From NCBI GenBank assembly GCA_965140445.1, contig OZ223236.1, forward strand, positions 3,714,498 through 3,778,497: DNA of 64,000 bases, read 5' to 3'. This document shows positions 47,015 to 56,709 of this stretch, in pieces (positions within the stretch are counted from its first letter, which is position 1; each line of letters opens with the position of its first letter). The translations under genes and the position numbers were made by a program. Under the pieces are notes generated by a model, which saw only the letters and a program-made list of their open reading frames with translations, did not search any database and was not told the origin of the DNA. Source of the DNA: Candidatus Ozemobacteraceae bacterium. Its GTDB lineage: Bacteria > Muiribacteriota > Ozemobacteria > Ozemobacterales > Ozemobacteraceae.

Positions 47015-50000
47015 TTAATTTCCTATGCAATACCCCTTTAATCTTGCCAGAAGATTAACTTTATTCATTTGCTCTATTGAGTTTACTGAAGTGCTGAAAA
47101 GGTCTGGATTACCAACAATTATCGCCAGGGCCTGAGCTCTTGAAATTGCCACATTAATTCTATTTTTATCAAAGATAAAATCAATGCCTCTGGGTGATTC
47201 TGAAGGATCACTTGTGCATAAACTGAAAAAGACTACAGGCGCTTCCTGTCCCTGAAATTTGTCCACGCTTCCAACCTTGGCGAATTCGCCAAGAGCTAAT
47301 TTTAGCTTATTCACCTGATGGTTGTAGGGAGCAACAAAAAGCATATCATTCCAATCTATAGCTTTCTCGGCACCATGTTTATCAACATAAATTCGACCAA
47401 GAAGCTCATTGGCTTTTTTAGCAATTAACTCCGCTTCTTCATCACTGGCCTGAGTATTTCCCTCATGTTCAACTGGAATAAAAATGATCCCGGCAGACCT
47501 GTCCAGCTCTCCAACATATCCTTCTGGAACCTGAATTTTCTGTTGATCATTTTCTGGTGAGGATTTTAACTTTCCTTCATATATAGCTTCACTAATATAA
47601 TCATTTACAGAAGAATGCATTCTGTAGGTTGTGCCCAGAAAAACACCCATATTATCTGGAATAATTGGTGATTCGTGCAAAAGGAAATCCAGGATTGATA
47701 ATCCGCTATCTTCAGGATGAATGCCTTGTGATGGCTGGCCAAGTTGCATTTGGTCACCCATTAAAACCAGATTTTCAGCAGAACGACTCATACCAACCAG
47801 ATTTGCAACAGCAACCTGCCCGGCTTCATCAATAAACAAGTAATCAAACTGCTTTTCCCAATCAGTTCTACAGAAACCCCAGGCCGTAGTTCCAACAACA
47901 CAACCGTCCTGCAGCTGCCCAAGAATATCTGCATTCTTCAGAACCGAGATTCCATTTTCCTCAATTTCCGGCCCGGTATTTTTGGAACAAATACATTGAG
48001 CCGATATATTGTTTTCCCTACAATGCCGAGCAACACCAATAAGAAGATTATTAATCGCTTTATGGCTATTACTTGAAATCCCAATTCTTTTCCCGAGACT
48101 AACAAGTTCAGCAATTATGTGCTTCCCGGTGTAGGTTTTGCCAGAACCGGGCGGCCCCTGAATGGTCAGATAACTGTTGTCTAAATTTACGACAGCTGAA
48201 ACAATTTCCTTCAATCTATCAGAAGGATTTTCGCAATTTACAACTGGTTTTTGAGAATCAATTCGACCCTTGATACGAGGGGGATTTCGATGCAAAAAGT
48301 CACCAATTGCAGTGCCCTCGAATTTACCAAATTCATAATCCGTTACCACCGCGTCTATTGATTGTGGGATAGGATCGGGCCTGATGTATTCATCTGGGAT
48401 TAAAGTTAAAATCTGGGGAAGGTCAGAACCAGAAGTTACTACAAGTTTTCCCTTTGAAAGGTCACTTTCCTCATCTAACAACGCCGCCCTTAAAAAGTTT
48501 CCCTTACTGTCCTCTTCTCCTACCACATAATAGTTTTTTGCGTTTGCCTTGAACTCCTGCTCCGGATTAAATTTGTATTCATAGGCAAGGTTTCGTGACC
48601 TGGGTTTAGGCTTAAAAGGTTCCCTTGAAGTTCTTATGCAACCTGCAAGACAATCAATATCATTAACAAGTTCTTCAACTTCAAGACCGATTCTATCAAA
48701 TAATCTCCAGAAAACCGGCTTTGCTTCGCGACGATGGAATTCCAATGTCCAGGCAAGGTTTTCAGAAATCCGTGCTTTAGTTCTATCTTCTTTTGAAGCT
48801 CTTTCAAGAAGTTTATCGCGAAGCTTTGTGCGATTAGTAACCTCTTCAGGGAGTTCAGGCTCCTCGGTTTCCACTTTTCCAATAAACTGGATTCCATTAC
48901 TTTGCTGCTGTTCTCTTAACCATAAAACTAATTCCTGTGTAGAGTTACAATCATCAATATTGTAGTCTCTTATATCCTTTAAAACCTTTGAGGTTTGCCA
49001 GGTGTCGCCGTCTAAACCATTTCTGGAATTTTCACGCCACTCTTCATAAACCACAACAGAATCACCACCACAACCAACTTCGGTTTCTCTCTTGCCTCGG
49101 TAGAGGTGTTCCACATTTTTAATTGAATATCTTGGCTCACCGACCAGCAATGCACCTTTAACGACTTTATACAAATCCACAAAAACTTCGTTTCTGAGTA
49201 ACTGATCAACCTCAAATTCACAAACTCCATATCTGCTCATAAGCTTTCTACAAGCAGCTATCTCATAATTTGCATAATGATATATGTGCATAGTTCTATC
49301 TTTTTCCCAGAGTCCATAAACCCATGCAATAAATTCTTGAAAAGCCTTTTTTTCCTGTATTCTGTCGTGAGCCCAGAAATCCTTAAATTGTCTGTTTCCA
49401 TTCTCATCAACAAAAGTGCATCCCCATAAGTATTCCAATCCCCCATCATCCAATGGAAATCCCTCAATATCAAAAAACACATCATTGTCCGAATGCGGGG
49501 GAAGTAATGCCAAACCAATCTTTCTACCTTCCGGGTGGTCCTTAACTTCAAACAGAGGCGGAATTCTGCCTGCGCTTCTCTTCTGGATGGATGCCTGAGC
49601 CTTAATATTATCAAAGGTTGCCATGCTCAACCCGGAAATGCGTTGTACGTTTGAACTGATTAAAGCTTCACATGTATATATGCCGGCTTGATTAAGCTTT
49701 TTCACATTGGATCGGGTAATATTTGCGATTTGCGACAGGTGATCCCTTTCCTGTAATATTTTCTCTGCGTAGGTTCCCCATGCACCAAAGCTTCTCGAAT
49801 CGTATGGGTCCGGCATTTCTTTCGGATTAAAATTACTTTGCTCGTGCAGAAATCTTTCTTTTAAGGCCAGGTAATAAAAAAAGTAATCGTCAGTTTTTAA
49901 CTTCTCAATATCGCCTCTGCCAAGAGCTAAAGTTATTGTTTTTGGTCTGGAACCCTGAACGGACTCCAAAATGTCAGAATAGCAACAAAGCTGAGTAACA

Positions 50001-50449
50001 AACTCAGGTCTGGCTCTTGATGCAAGTTTTGTATCAATTACCTCATACAAATAATCTCCAAAACGACTGGAACCTGGCACCTTAATAAGAAAATCGGCAA
50101 ATCCACGAAATGAAAATGCTTCAAGAACTCCCTGAAAAATTATATCAACTCCACTTTCCATGGCACTCAGGGTTTTAAGCAGTCGCTGCTCAACCTTTTG
50201 TTCGCTGGATTCCCCATCGCCTGACAAATCTGCAATGGTTTTCCCTTGTTCCTCAAATTCCTTTAATAATTTTTTCTCCAGATCCAATCCTTTTTTTGCC
50301 AGTAAACCTGACAAATCATCAGCTGGATCAGCTTGTGGAACTAAATCCGGATGCTCCATTCGTAACCGATTCATCCAACTCGCAAAAGGGCTTACCATGA
50401 AAGTTGTTAAATCAGTTGGAGAGTATACAATCTCATTTCTTTTAAACAT
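47015..50449 (-). CDS. Fusion of a TM0106-family RecB-like PD-(D/E)XK nuclease, an RNase-H-like domain and an SF1B (Upf1/Dna2-like, AAA_11/AAA_12) helicase.
   Basis: Track ORF starts at a TTG (50536). The ATG at 50449 has the RBS GGGGAAAAA-ATG, giving 1144 aa. Nuclease motifs GFADFLIKV and YEVIDTKLASRARPEFVTQLCCYSD (D...E-x-K). Central region YLWGCTFVDENG...MHIYHYANYE. Helicase motifs: Walker A GPPGSGKT, motif II FIDEAGQV, GDQMQL, TYRMHSSV and VDKFQGQEAPVVFFSL. Confidence 0.75.
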   Translation of the reverse strand: MFKRNEIVYSPTDLTTFMVSPFASWMNRLRMEHPDLVPQADPADDLSGLLAKKGLDLEKKLLKEFEEQGKTIADLSGDGESSEQKVEQRLLKTLSAMESGVDIIFQGVLEAFSFRGFADFLIKVPGSSRFGDYLYEVIDTKLASRARPEFVTQLCCYSDILESVQGSRPKTITLALGRGDIEKLKTDDYFFYYLALKERFLHEQSNFNPKEMPDPYDSRSFGAWGTYAEKILQERDHLSQIANITRSNVKKLNQAGIYTCEALISSNVQRISGLSMATFDNIKAQASIQKRSAGRIPPLFEVKDHPEGRKIGLALLPPHSDNDVFFDIEGFPLDDGGLEYLWGCTFVDENGNRQFKDFWAHDRIQEKKAFQEFIAWVYGLWEKDRTMHIYHYANYEIAACRKLMSRYGVCEFEVDQLLRNEVFVDLYKVVKGALLVGEPRYSIKNVEHLYRGKRETEVGCGGDSVVVYEEWRENSRNGLDGDTWQTSKVLKDIRDYNIDDCNSTQELVLWLREQQQSNGIQFIGKVETEEPELPEEVTNRTKLRDKLLERASKEDRTKARISENLAWTLEFHRREAKPVFWRLFDRIGLEVEELVNDIDCLAGCIRTSREPFKPKPRSRNLAYEYKFNPEQEFKANAKNYYVVGEEDSKGNFLRAALLDEESDLSKGKLVVTSGSDLPQILTLIPDEYIRPDPIPQSIDAVVTDYEFGKFEGTAIGDFLHRNPPRIKGRIDSQKPVVNCENPSDRLKEIVSAVVNLDNSYLTIQGPPGSGKTYTGKHIIAELVSLGKRIGISSNSHKAINNLLIGVARHCRENNISAQCICSKNTGPEIEENGISVLKNADILGQLQDGCVVGTTAWGFCRTDWEKQFDYLFIDEAGQVAVANLVGMSRSAENLVLMGDQMQLGQPSQGIHPEDSGLSILDFLLHESPIIPDNMGVFLGTTYRMHSSVNDYISEAIYEGKLKSSPENDQQKIQVPEGYVGELDRSAGIIFIPVEHEGNTQASDEEAELIAKKANELLGRIYVDKHGAEKAIDWNDMLFVAPYNHQVNKLKLALGEFAKVGSVDKFQGQEAPVVFFSLCTSDPSESPRGIDFIFDKNRINVAISRAQALAIIVGNPDLFSTSVNSIEQMNKVNLLARLKGYCIGN

Positions 50450-50756
50450 TTTTTCCCCGCATCTTGCAAATAAATGTGCATAACCTATATGCGTCCGAAG
50501 ATCCCAGTTTATACATTTAAATATAGGATTCTTCAAAAGTTATTGTGCTCTTAACTTAACTTTTTATCAAGAGTGAAAAGAATAATACACTTTTAAATAT
50601 CCATTATTACTAAATCGCTAATATTAATGATGCATGGAATCATTTATTAACACGATGTGTTATACTTGAGATGTTGGAACTTTATGGTTCTGGTATTGGG
50701 ACTCCTTGAACAACCAGCATCTGAAATTGCAATAATTGAGAAACTTAGGAGCCAAT

Positions 50757-50918
50757 ATGGAAGGCAAAACAGGAACCAGAGTAGTATTACCAGGAATTTA
50801 CAAATGCAAAGAGCACCCGGAAGCCAATAAGACTTTTACAAAGGGCGCAGTATTCACCCCTTGTTCAAGAGCAGGCAGTCATGGAACAACCTGGGTATTA
50901 GTAAGAAAAACCGGTTAA
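50757..50918 (+). CDS. Small hypothetical protein (53 aa) with two Cys and several His.
   Basis: AGGAG (50746-50750) sits 6 nt before the ATG at 50757. Sequence MEGKTGTRVVLPGIYKCKEHPEANKTFTKGAVFTPCSRAGSHGTTWVLVRKTG. Followed by a palindrome and a terminator. The track models it from an upstream TTG. Confidence 0.35.
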   Translation: MEGKTGTRVVLPGIYKCKEHPEANKTFTKGAVFTPCSRAGSHGTTWVLVRKTG

Positions 50919-50944
50919 TTAATTAACCCGCATCTAATAATAAA

Positions 50945-50997
50945 AACAGGCAAATATCATTGCAAAAAAACGTTTCAATGATGATGCCTGTTTTTTG
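50945..50997. terminator. Bidirectional intrinsic terminator, for the small ORF (+) and the pilin operon (-).
   Basis: aacaggca...atcattg / caatgat...tgcctgtt hairpin followed by T6. On the minus strand it is followed by TTTTTATTAT. Confidence 0.55.
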
Positions 50998-51004
50998 TTA
51001 CCAC

Positions 51005-51673
51005 CTAGAAAGGCTGGGCTTTAACGTATAAATTCTTTTTTAAAGTTTCAACAAGGGGTCTTTTAATCGAAACATTTGCTGGCGGGCGAAGTATAAACGA
51101 CATATTTAACATTGCCCCGGAAACCTCTTCATCAGAAGGATCTATTGCACCTTCAAGAACGTATTCATACCCTGTTTTTTTTGAGTAAACCACTGTTTTG
51201 GCTTCAACCTCTACCCTATCAACATCTGTTAGTTCAACAGATTGAGGCAATAGCTTATAATCTGGTGGATTCCCGGCAATTTTAGTTCGTGAATATGTTA
51301 ATTTCCGGTTTTTAAGAATCAAAGAGCATAGAATCTGATATTCAATACTGCCATCATCGTTGAAATGATTTCTGGTAAATTCCAGAAGCTCTGGTCCCAG
51401 TCCGTTAGAATTGTAGCTTAGTGGGCAATCGTCTATGGTTGGCAATGGATCACCTGCAACAACCTGAATTCGCCTTGATGCCTCACCCAAATCATCTTTC
51501 AAAAGCTTGATAAGGTATTGTAACTTTCGGGAATGCTCCTGTTTCCAAGCCGAAATCATATAGACTCTACTACTGGAACTTTGCAGACGATAGATTACCA
51601 GCATAACCAAAACCATCAGGCTAACCCCGATGAGTAACTCTACCACGGTAAAAGCTTTATTGTAACGTTTCAC
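51005..51673 (-). CDS. Pilin/pseudopilin-like protein with atypical prepilin N-terminus (AFTVVELLIG).
   Basis: 222 aa. MKRYNKAFTVVELLIGVSLMVLVMLVIYRL has a class III signal-like N-terminus with Ala instead of the usual Gly at -1 and a conserved Glu at +5. Confidence 0.5.
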   Translation of the reverse strand: MKRYNKAFTVVELLIGVSLMVLVMLVIYRLQSSSSRVYMISAWKQEHSRKLQYLIKLLKDDLGEASRRIQVVAGDPLPTIDDCPLSYNSNGLGPELLEFTRNHFNDDGSIEYQILCSLILKNRKLTYSRTKIAGNPPDYKLLPQSVELTDVDRVEVEAKTVVYSKKTGYEYVLEGAIDPSDEEVSGAMLNMSFILRPPANVSIKRPLVETLKKNLYVKAQPF

Positions 51674-52218
51674 AATGAATACCTGTCGATCTGCACCAGC
51701 TCTTCATACTTTCTCATTGTATCTTTGTAACGAACATCTATTTTTATCCTTAAAAAGTCTCTTTCATATCCACCAACGCTTTTTTTAATTAGATTGCAGC
51801 CCCTGACCCATGCTGAATAATTATTTTTCCCAGAATCGGGCAAACTATCTATATAAACAGTCCCCAGGCCTTTTAAATCAGTATGTTCCAGTGGAATATT
51901 CAAGCTATCCAATTTGCAGAAATCCATATACCAGCTGTTAATAAATATGTCTGCCCCCTGCACTGCTTTTCCGGCAACAAGTTCTTTGTGATAAGCATCT
52001 GTCTTATAAAAGGCTGAGGGCAAAAGCTTCAATTTAAAGAGTAACAGTTGAGCAAGCCCCTTCGCTACCCAATCTGCCTTTCGATGCTGGTCAATCTGGG
52101 TTAGGCTTTTTTTCTGGCTGTTGTAACGCAAAAACAAAGTAGAACTTAATGACGCAAACAGCGCACCAAAAATAATCACCATAATCAAAGCTCCACCATT
52201 TTTATTCAGTTTAATCAT
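51670..52218 (-). CDS. Minor pseudopilin-like protein (GspK/PilX-like, lacks Glu+5).
   Basis: 182 aa. N-terminus KNGGALIMVIIFGALFASLSSTLFL. Overlaps its neighbours by 4 nt. Confidence 0.35.
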   Translation of the reverse strand: MIKLNKNGGALIMVIIFGALFASLSSTLFLRYNSQKKSLTQIDQHRKADWVAKGLAQLLLFKLKLLPSAFYKTDAYHKELVAGKAVQGADIFINSWYMDFCKLDSLNIPLEHTDLKGLGTVYIDSLPDSGKNNYSAWVRGCNLIKKSVGGYERDFLRIKIDVRYKDTMRKYEELVQIDRYSL

Positions 52219-52219
52219 T

Positions 52220-52804
52220 TCAAGTTCCCAAATCTGCTATACAGGTAGATAGAATAAACTTTCTTTCTGATTTTCCTTGAATACATGTAACCGTAGCCCA
52301 AATTGTAAAAATTTCTTCAGTGGTAGTGTATTTTGCAGTAAAGGTTGAAACACTGGCTCCAATGCCACCTTTGTAACCACATTTCCCATAATTAAAAATG
52401 GTGGAAACCCCATCTGCCTCACCCGCGATCCTTTTTAACTCCACCTTTATAAAATAATCAGCATTACTGCCCTGATGATTTAATTTAACTCCTTTGAAGG
52501 AAGGCTTTTCGGTTCCAACTGGCAAATCAAAAGTTCTGGAAACTGCTTCGCCGGGAAATTTAATATCCATCTTCACAACCTGATTTGAAGAAAAAGCATC
52601 AGAAAGAGTGGTAAATCTGGTCGTTTTTATTGTGTTTAATGCTGAATCTGCAAGGTTTAATGCAAAACCTTCATCCATTTGTCGATTAGTTAAGCCATAG
52701 GATTTTATTAAAACATCAAGGGTTGGCAAAAGCGTTATCCCTGCTATCAGAATGGCTACAAGAATTTCAATAAGTGTAAATCCAGAATTACCCTGAGAAG
52801 CCAA
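52220..52804 (-). CDS. Type IV pilin / T2SS pseudopilin-like protein with canonical prepilin leader.
   Basis: 194 aa. MASQGNSGFTLIEILVAILIAGITLL is the canonical G-FTLIE N-methylation motif. Confidence 0.75.
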   Translation of the reverse strand: MASQGNSGFTLIEILVAILIAGITLLPTLDVLIKSYGLTNRQMDEGFALNLADSALNTIKTTRFTTLSDAFSSNQVVKMDIKFPGEAVSRTFDLPVGTEKPSFKGVKLNHQGSNADYFIKVELKRIAGEADGVSTIFNYGKCGYKGGIGASVSTFTAKYTTTEEIFTIWATVTCIQGKSERKFILSTCIADLGT

Positions 52805-52807
52805 TTT

Positions 52808-55231
52808 CTACCTCATATGCCTTTGTTCAAGCGTTCTTATTCGAGCTTTCTGATCCCTAATCTGAAAAAATAGACGTAGGGTTCGCGAATTACCCGCCAC
52901 ATCCTTTGCTATTACAGTTATAGAAGGATTATTATTGCTTAATGAAATTAGATCCGGAACTGAGCTACCATCGAACAGCTTCGAACTGGGATCACGGAAA
53001 ACAATTTTGTAAGGACCATGCAAACAGCTATTCCAGGCTTCAGTTGAAGAAATTGTCGGCTCAAATTCTGTGCTAGAACCGTTTTTACAACTAATCTTAA
53101 GCTCTTTTATCCCACTCCCCGGAGTGGAGTTGTAAGAATCTACAACAGCCTCAGGCATCCTTCCGCCCTCATTTGCAACATATCTTGAATTATCTTGAGT
53201 CCAGACACGTATCTCGTATTCCACATCTTCTTCAAGTGGAAAAACATTAAAAACATCCAGACTCTCGCCAAAGCCCAAGCGCTTTCTCAAAGAATCTGCA
53301 TTGCTTACATCCTGATTTAATTTTCCTGTTGTTTTTACCGTATCGCTTTCACCATAGTCTTCAAGTGAAAAAAGCTTCCGGAAGAATGAATTTTTCTGAT
53401 CTGCCCCAGAGGTTACCAACCCTTTAACAGTATTATCTGAACCAGCAAAAATTGCACTTCGGTTTTCTGAATCTCCTCCGGTTTCGCCCATTCTAATCTC
53501 GATGGGCATAAAGTAAACCGAATCTGTGGCGATAAACTCCTGATAATCAAAAAGCAACCCGGCAGTAAAATCCTGAAATTCACTTTTATTCCACATCCAG
53601 GATGGCACTGCTTTTTCAGGGGGTGGGAAACAAATATTATATTTTAAACTACTATCGCTTTTTGCCTTCTGCTTATCTTTCAGATTTACCACACTTATCA
53701 TAATGTTTGGACGGTCGTTGTCATAAAGTCTTATATAGCCCGTTTCTTGCGGTAAGTATGGACTTTCAACAGCTCTGTCTGTAGGAGGCAAATCTCCTGG
53801 AGCCATAAATGGAAACGGTTTGGCGGTAGGAGGATCAGTTAAAAGATCATCTCCGTATTTATAATTATGCCTTTTTCCAGATCCTGGTGCACAGACTCCG
53901 TAGCAATTCCATGGCTCATTATCTGCTACAAAGGAATCACTGGGATTCAGATTGTTTGAGCCATCCCATGCGTAGATTGAATATTCCATCGTTCCATGAA
54001 AGTGAGACGGCAATTGAATAGGATTTGGTGCAAGTCCTCTGCCAGACTTAGAAACATAGGTTTCATTTGCGAACTTACTAAATCGAAACTTCCCGTCACT
54101 GGAATTTTTTGCATCAAAGGTCCACGAAGCTGGCGCCAGTGCTATATTACAAGCAATACTATTGGCCCAAATGTTTTCATCGTAAAACTTAAGAGATAAT
54201 CTGCGAAAATCTCCTGTTGTGTTTCTAATTACTGAAACTCCATCCGTAGCATCTGCTGTTGGTAAATAACCATCTGTTGACTGAGTGTAGGTAGTAAAAT
54301 CCCTTATCTCCGGTGGAGTTCTATCGAGCCAATGTATCTGACCACCATTAGCTATATAATTGCTTGCGACGATTTCTTTATTCGCATCCCAACTTTTTCC
54401 CGAATGCATTATTGAGGTGGGTGAAAAAGAAACAAGGTATTCAACACGGGTGTTACTTCTGTTATGGCAACAGTATGTTCTGGTGTATGTGCTTCCATCA
54501 GAACGATGATATGTCCTGGTGTAACTATCACCATCACAAACGCATCTATGGCAATTAAAACTTGATTTACTACTTTCAACAAGATTCTGCCACTCTGATC
54601 CGGTAGTATACCACCAATCACTTCCAGAACCTAAATGAACGCTATAAACCTGCATCCCCGGATGGTCTGAAGTTGGCTCCAATTTGTATTCGGCACCAGC
54701 TCTTTCGATTCCCATGTAAGAATACATACAAAATGCAGTATCGCTATGACTATGTCCAACTCTGCCGCATCCAGAACAAGGCCAATTGTACAATGAATTC
54801 CAATCAGATTGGGAGCCGGAAAAATCAGCTGGCATCGCAGGTGGCTTTGAATGAATCCCATCACAAATTTCTATAAAAGACCCATCTCCCGGGTCCTTAA
54901 AAATATAGATTATTTGATTGCTGGAATATTTTTTCTTGAGACTATTTAACTGGGATTCGGTTAAATGACTTTTTGAGACATGAGCAGCAAAACTGCTATA
55001 TGAAACGACTTTTGCACCAGAAAGGAATAATTTCATAGGTATTTTTTCCACGTCCTCAAAAGTATCAATTCTCCAAGGTTGAGGAGTTTGGGAAAAATGA
55101 CCATTAAAATCAAAATATAAATGATTAAAAATCAGATTCTCAAGTGCTTTCTCGCTAGAAATGGCAGAAAAAGCTGCAATAGTATGAGAAAAAAGAAAAA
55201 ACAAAACGAGATAAGCTGTGACTCTTTTCAA
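52808..55231 (-). CDS. Large secreted Cys-rich protein encoded first in the pilin operon (candidate pilus tip/adhesin-type protein).
   Basis: 807 aa. Signal peptide MKRVTAYLVLFFLFSHTIAAFSA. Cys-rich block CSGCGRVGHSHSDTAFC...CHRCVCDGDSYTRTYHRSDGSTYTRTYCCHN with YTRTY repeated. No prepilin motif. 3-nt gap to the downstream pilin gene. Confidence 0.45.
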   Translation of the reverse strand: MKRVTAYLVLFFLFSHTIAAFSAISSEKALENLIFNHLYFDFNGHFSQTPQPWRIDTFEDVEKIPMKLFLSGAKVVSYSSFAAHVSKSHLTESQLNSLKKKYSSNQIIYIFKDPGDGSFIEICDGIHSKPPAMPADFSGSQSDWNSLYNWPCSGCGRVGHSHSDTAFCMYSYMGIERAGAEYKLEPTSDHPGMQVYSVHLGSGSDWWYTTGSEWQNLVESSKSSFNCHRCVCDGDSYTRTYHRSDGSTYTRTYCCHNRSNTRVEYLVSFSPTSIMHSGKSWDANKEIVASNYIANGGQIHWLDRTPPEIRDFTTYTQSTDGYLPTADATDGVSVIRNTTGDFRRLSLKFYDENIWANSIACNIALAPASWTFDAKNSSDGKFRFSKFANETYVSKSGRGLAPNPIQLPSHFHGTMEYSIYAWDGSNNLNPSDSFVADNEPWNCYGVCAPGSGKRHNYKYGDDLLTDPPTAKPFPFMAPGDLPPTDRAVESPYLPQETGYIRLYDNDRPNIMISVVNLKDKQKAKSDSSLKYNICFPPPEKAVPSWMWNKSEFQDFTAGLLFDYQEFIATDSVYFMPIEIRMGETGGDSENRSAIFAGSDNTVKGLVTSGADQKNSFFRKLFSLEDYGESDTVKTTGKLNQDVSNADSLRKRLGFGESLDVFNVFPLEEDVEYEIRVWTQDNSRYVANEGGRMPEAVVDSYNSTPGSGIKELKISCKNGSSTEFEPTISSTEAWNSCLHGPYKIVFRDPSSKLFDGSSVPDLISLSNNNPSITVIAKDVAGNSRTLRLFFQIRDQKARIRTLEQRHMR

Positions 55232-55311
55232 TTTAATTACTCCCGCTTCTTATAATGGCGATGCATACGAGAATAAAATTGAAAAAGTAACGCCGATTTA
55301 AAACTGTTAGA

Positions 55312-56709
55312 TTATTTTACTATTTTTCCTGGATTCAAAATATTTTTTGGATCAAAAACCATTTTAATCTGCTTCATAAGTTGAAGCTGTACCATTCCAG
55401 AAACAGTCTCCAGATATGGTTTCTTTGCAAATCCAATCCCATGCTCACCTGAGACCTGCCCACCCATCTCTTTTGCTTTAGCATAAAATCTATCAAAAGC
55501 TTTGTTTAAGCGGTCTATAAAAACAGGCTTGGAAAGATCGTCCCTGAGCATGTAAACATGAAGATTCCCATCCCCGGCATGACCAAAACTTCTGATTCTT
55601 ATCTGTTCTTCCGCCTCAACAATCTTTGTGAATTTAACAAAGTCAGCAACTTTATTGCGCGGAACAACCACGTCACATTCATCCATTTCTGTTGTAGAAG
55701 CCTTTATTGCTTCGAGAAAAGCTCCTCTGGCCGACCATATCATTTCCTGACGCTCCTGAGTGTCAGAAATAAGAATATCCAGCGCTCCCTTTTCTAAACA
55801 GATTTCTGCAACCTTTTCGTAAGCTTTTTCGATTTCTTCTCTGGACTGTCCATCAAAGGTTAAGAGCAAGTAGGCATCTGAAGAAGAATCGGGAAACTTC
55901 TTCCCCAAAAAGTCTTCGGAATTTTCTATTACAGCTCTCTCCATATACTCAATTGCAGTTGGAATAACCTTCGATTGAATTATCAACGGAACAGTTTCGA
56001 TTGCTTTGCCAAGATCGGGAAACGGAATCAATAGACTAATTGCTTTTCCGGGACGAGGAAGAAGGCGCAAGACTGCCTTGGTGACAATACCCAATGTTCC
56101 TTCGGAGCCCACGATTAAATCCTTTAAACTGTAGCCGGAACTATTCTTCACGACTTTCCCACCAAACCAGGTTACTTCACCTGTGGGCAAAACAACCTCC
56201 AGTCCTCTAACGTAATCTCTGGTAACTCCATATTTAACTGCACGCATTCCGCCAGCATTAGTATTTATATTCCCGCCGATTGAAGCACTTTTTTCTCCGG
56301 GATCAGGAGGATAAAATAAGTCATGGCTTTCAACAAATGCTGAAATTTCCATTAAAAGAACGCCCGGTTCTACTGTTAAAGTCAGGTTTTCCTGATCCAG
56401 CTCAATAATACTATTCATTCTGGCCGTGCTAAGCATTATTCCGCCGTGAACTGCGACCGAACCACCGACAAGTCCCGTGCCCTGTCCTCTGGGAGTAACA
56501 GGAATAGAATGTTGATTCGCGTATTTCAGAATATTCGATACTTCTTCGGTGCTGCCAGGGAAAACAAGTAATTCTGGATAGCTTTTTAAATCACCCAACT
56601 CATCATGGCTAAAATCCTCATGAATATTGCTGCCATCCATAACGTTTTCTGCACCGCAAATTGATTTTAAATAATCAATATCTTCTCTTGTTACTTTTTT
56701 ATAATTCAT
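55312..56709 (-). CDS. lctD: FAD-linked oxidase of the GlcD / D-lactate dehydrogenase family (LctD-like).
   Basis: 465 aa. FAD-binding PCMH-type N-terminal domain ([11 protein letters not shown]). Overlaps etfA by 4 nt. Confidence 0.8.
   Translation of the reverse strand: MNYKKVTREDIDYLKSICGAENVMDGSNIHEDFSHDELGDLKSYPELLVFPGSTEEVSNILKYANQHSIPVTPRGQGTGLVGGSVAVHGGIMLSTARMNSIIELDQENLTLTVEPGVLLMEISAFVESHDLFYPPDPGEKSASIGGNINTNAGGMRAVKYGVTRDYVRGLEVVLPTGEVTWFGGKVVKNSSGYSLKDLIVGSEGTLGIVTKAVLRLLPRPGKAISLLIPFPDLGKAIETVPLIIQSKVIPTAIEYMERAVIENSEDFLGKKFPDSSSDAYLLLTFDGQSREEIEKAYEKVAEICLEKGALDILISDTQERQEMIWSARGAFLEAIKASTTEMDECDVVVPRNKVADFVKFTKIVEAEEQIRIRSFGHAGDGNLHVYMLRDDLSKPVFIDRLNKAFDRFYAKAKEMGGQVSGEHGIGFAKKPYLETVSGMVQLQLMKQIKMVFDPKNILNPGKIVK

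Noticed and set aside
50913-50928. Reading the TTAATTAATTAA palindrome as evidence of synthetic/engineered DNA (all-frame stop linker).
   Set aside because: The surrounding sequence is native-looking and AT-rich, and the palindrome is part of a natural stop codon context (GGT TAA). There is no vector-like sequence nearby, so a natural occurrence is more parsimonious.
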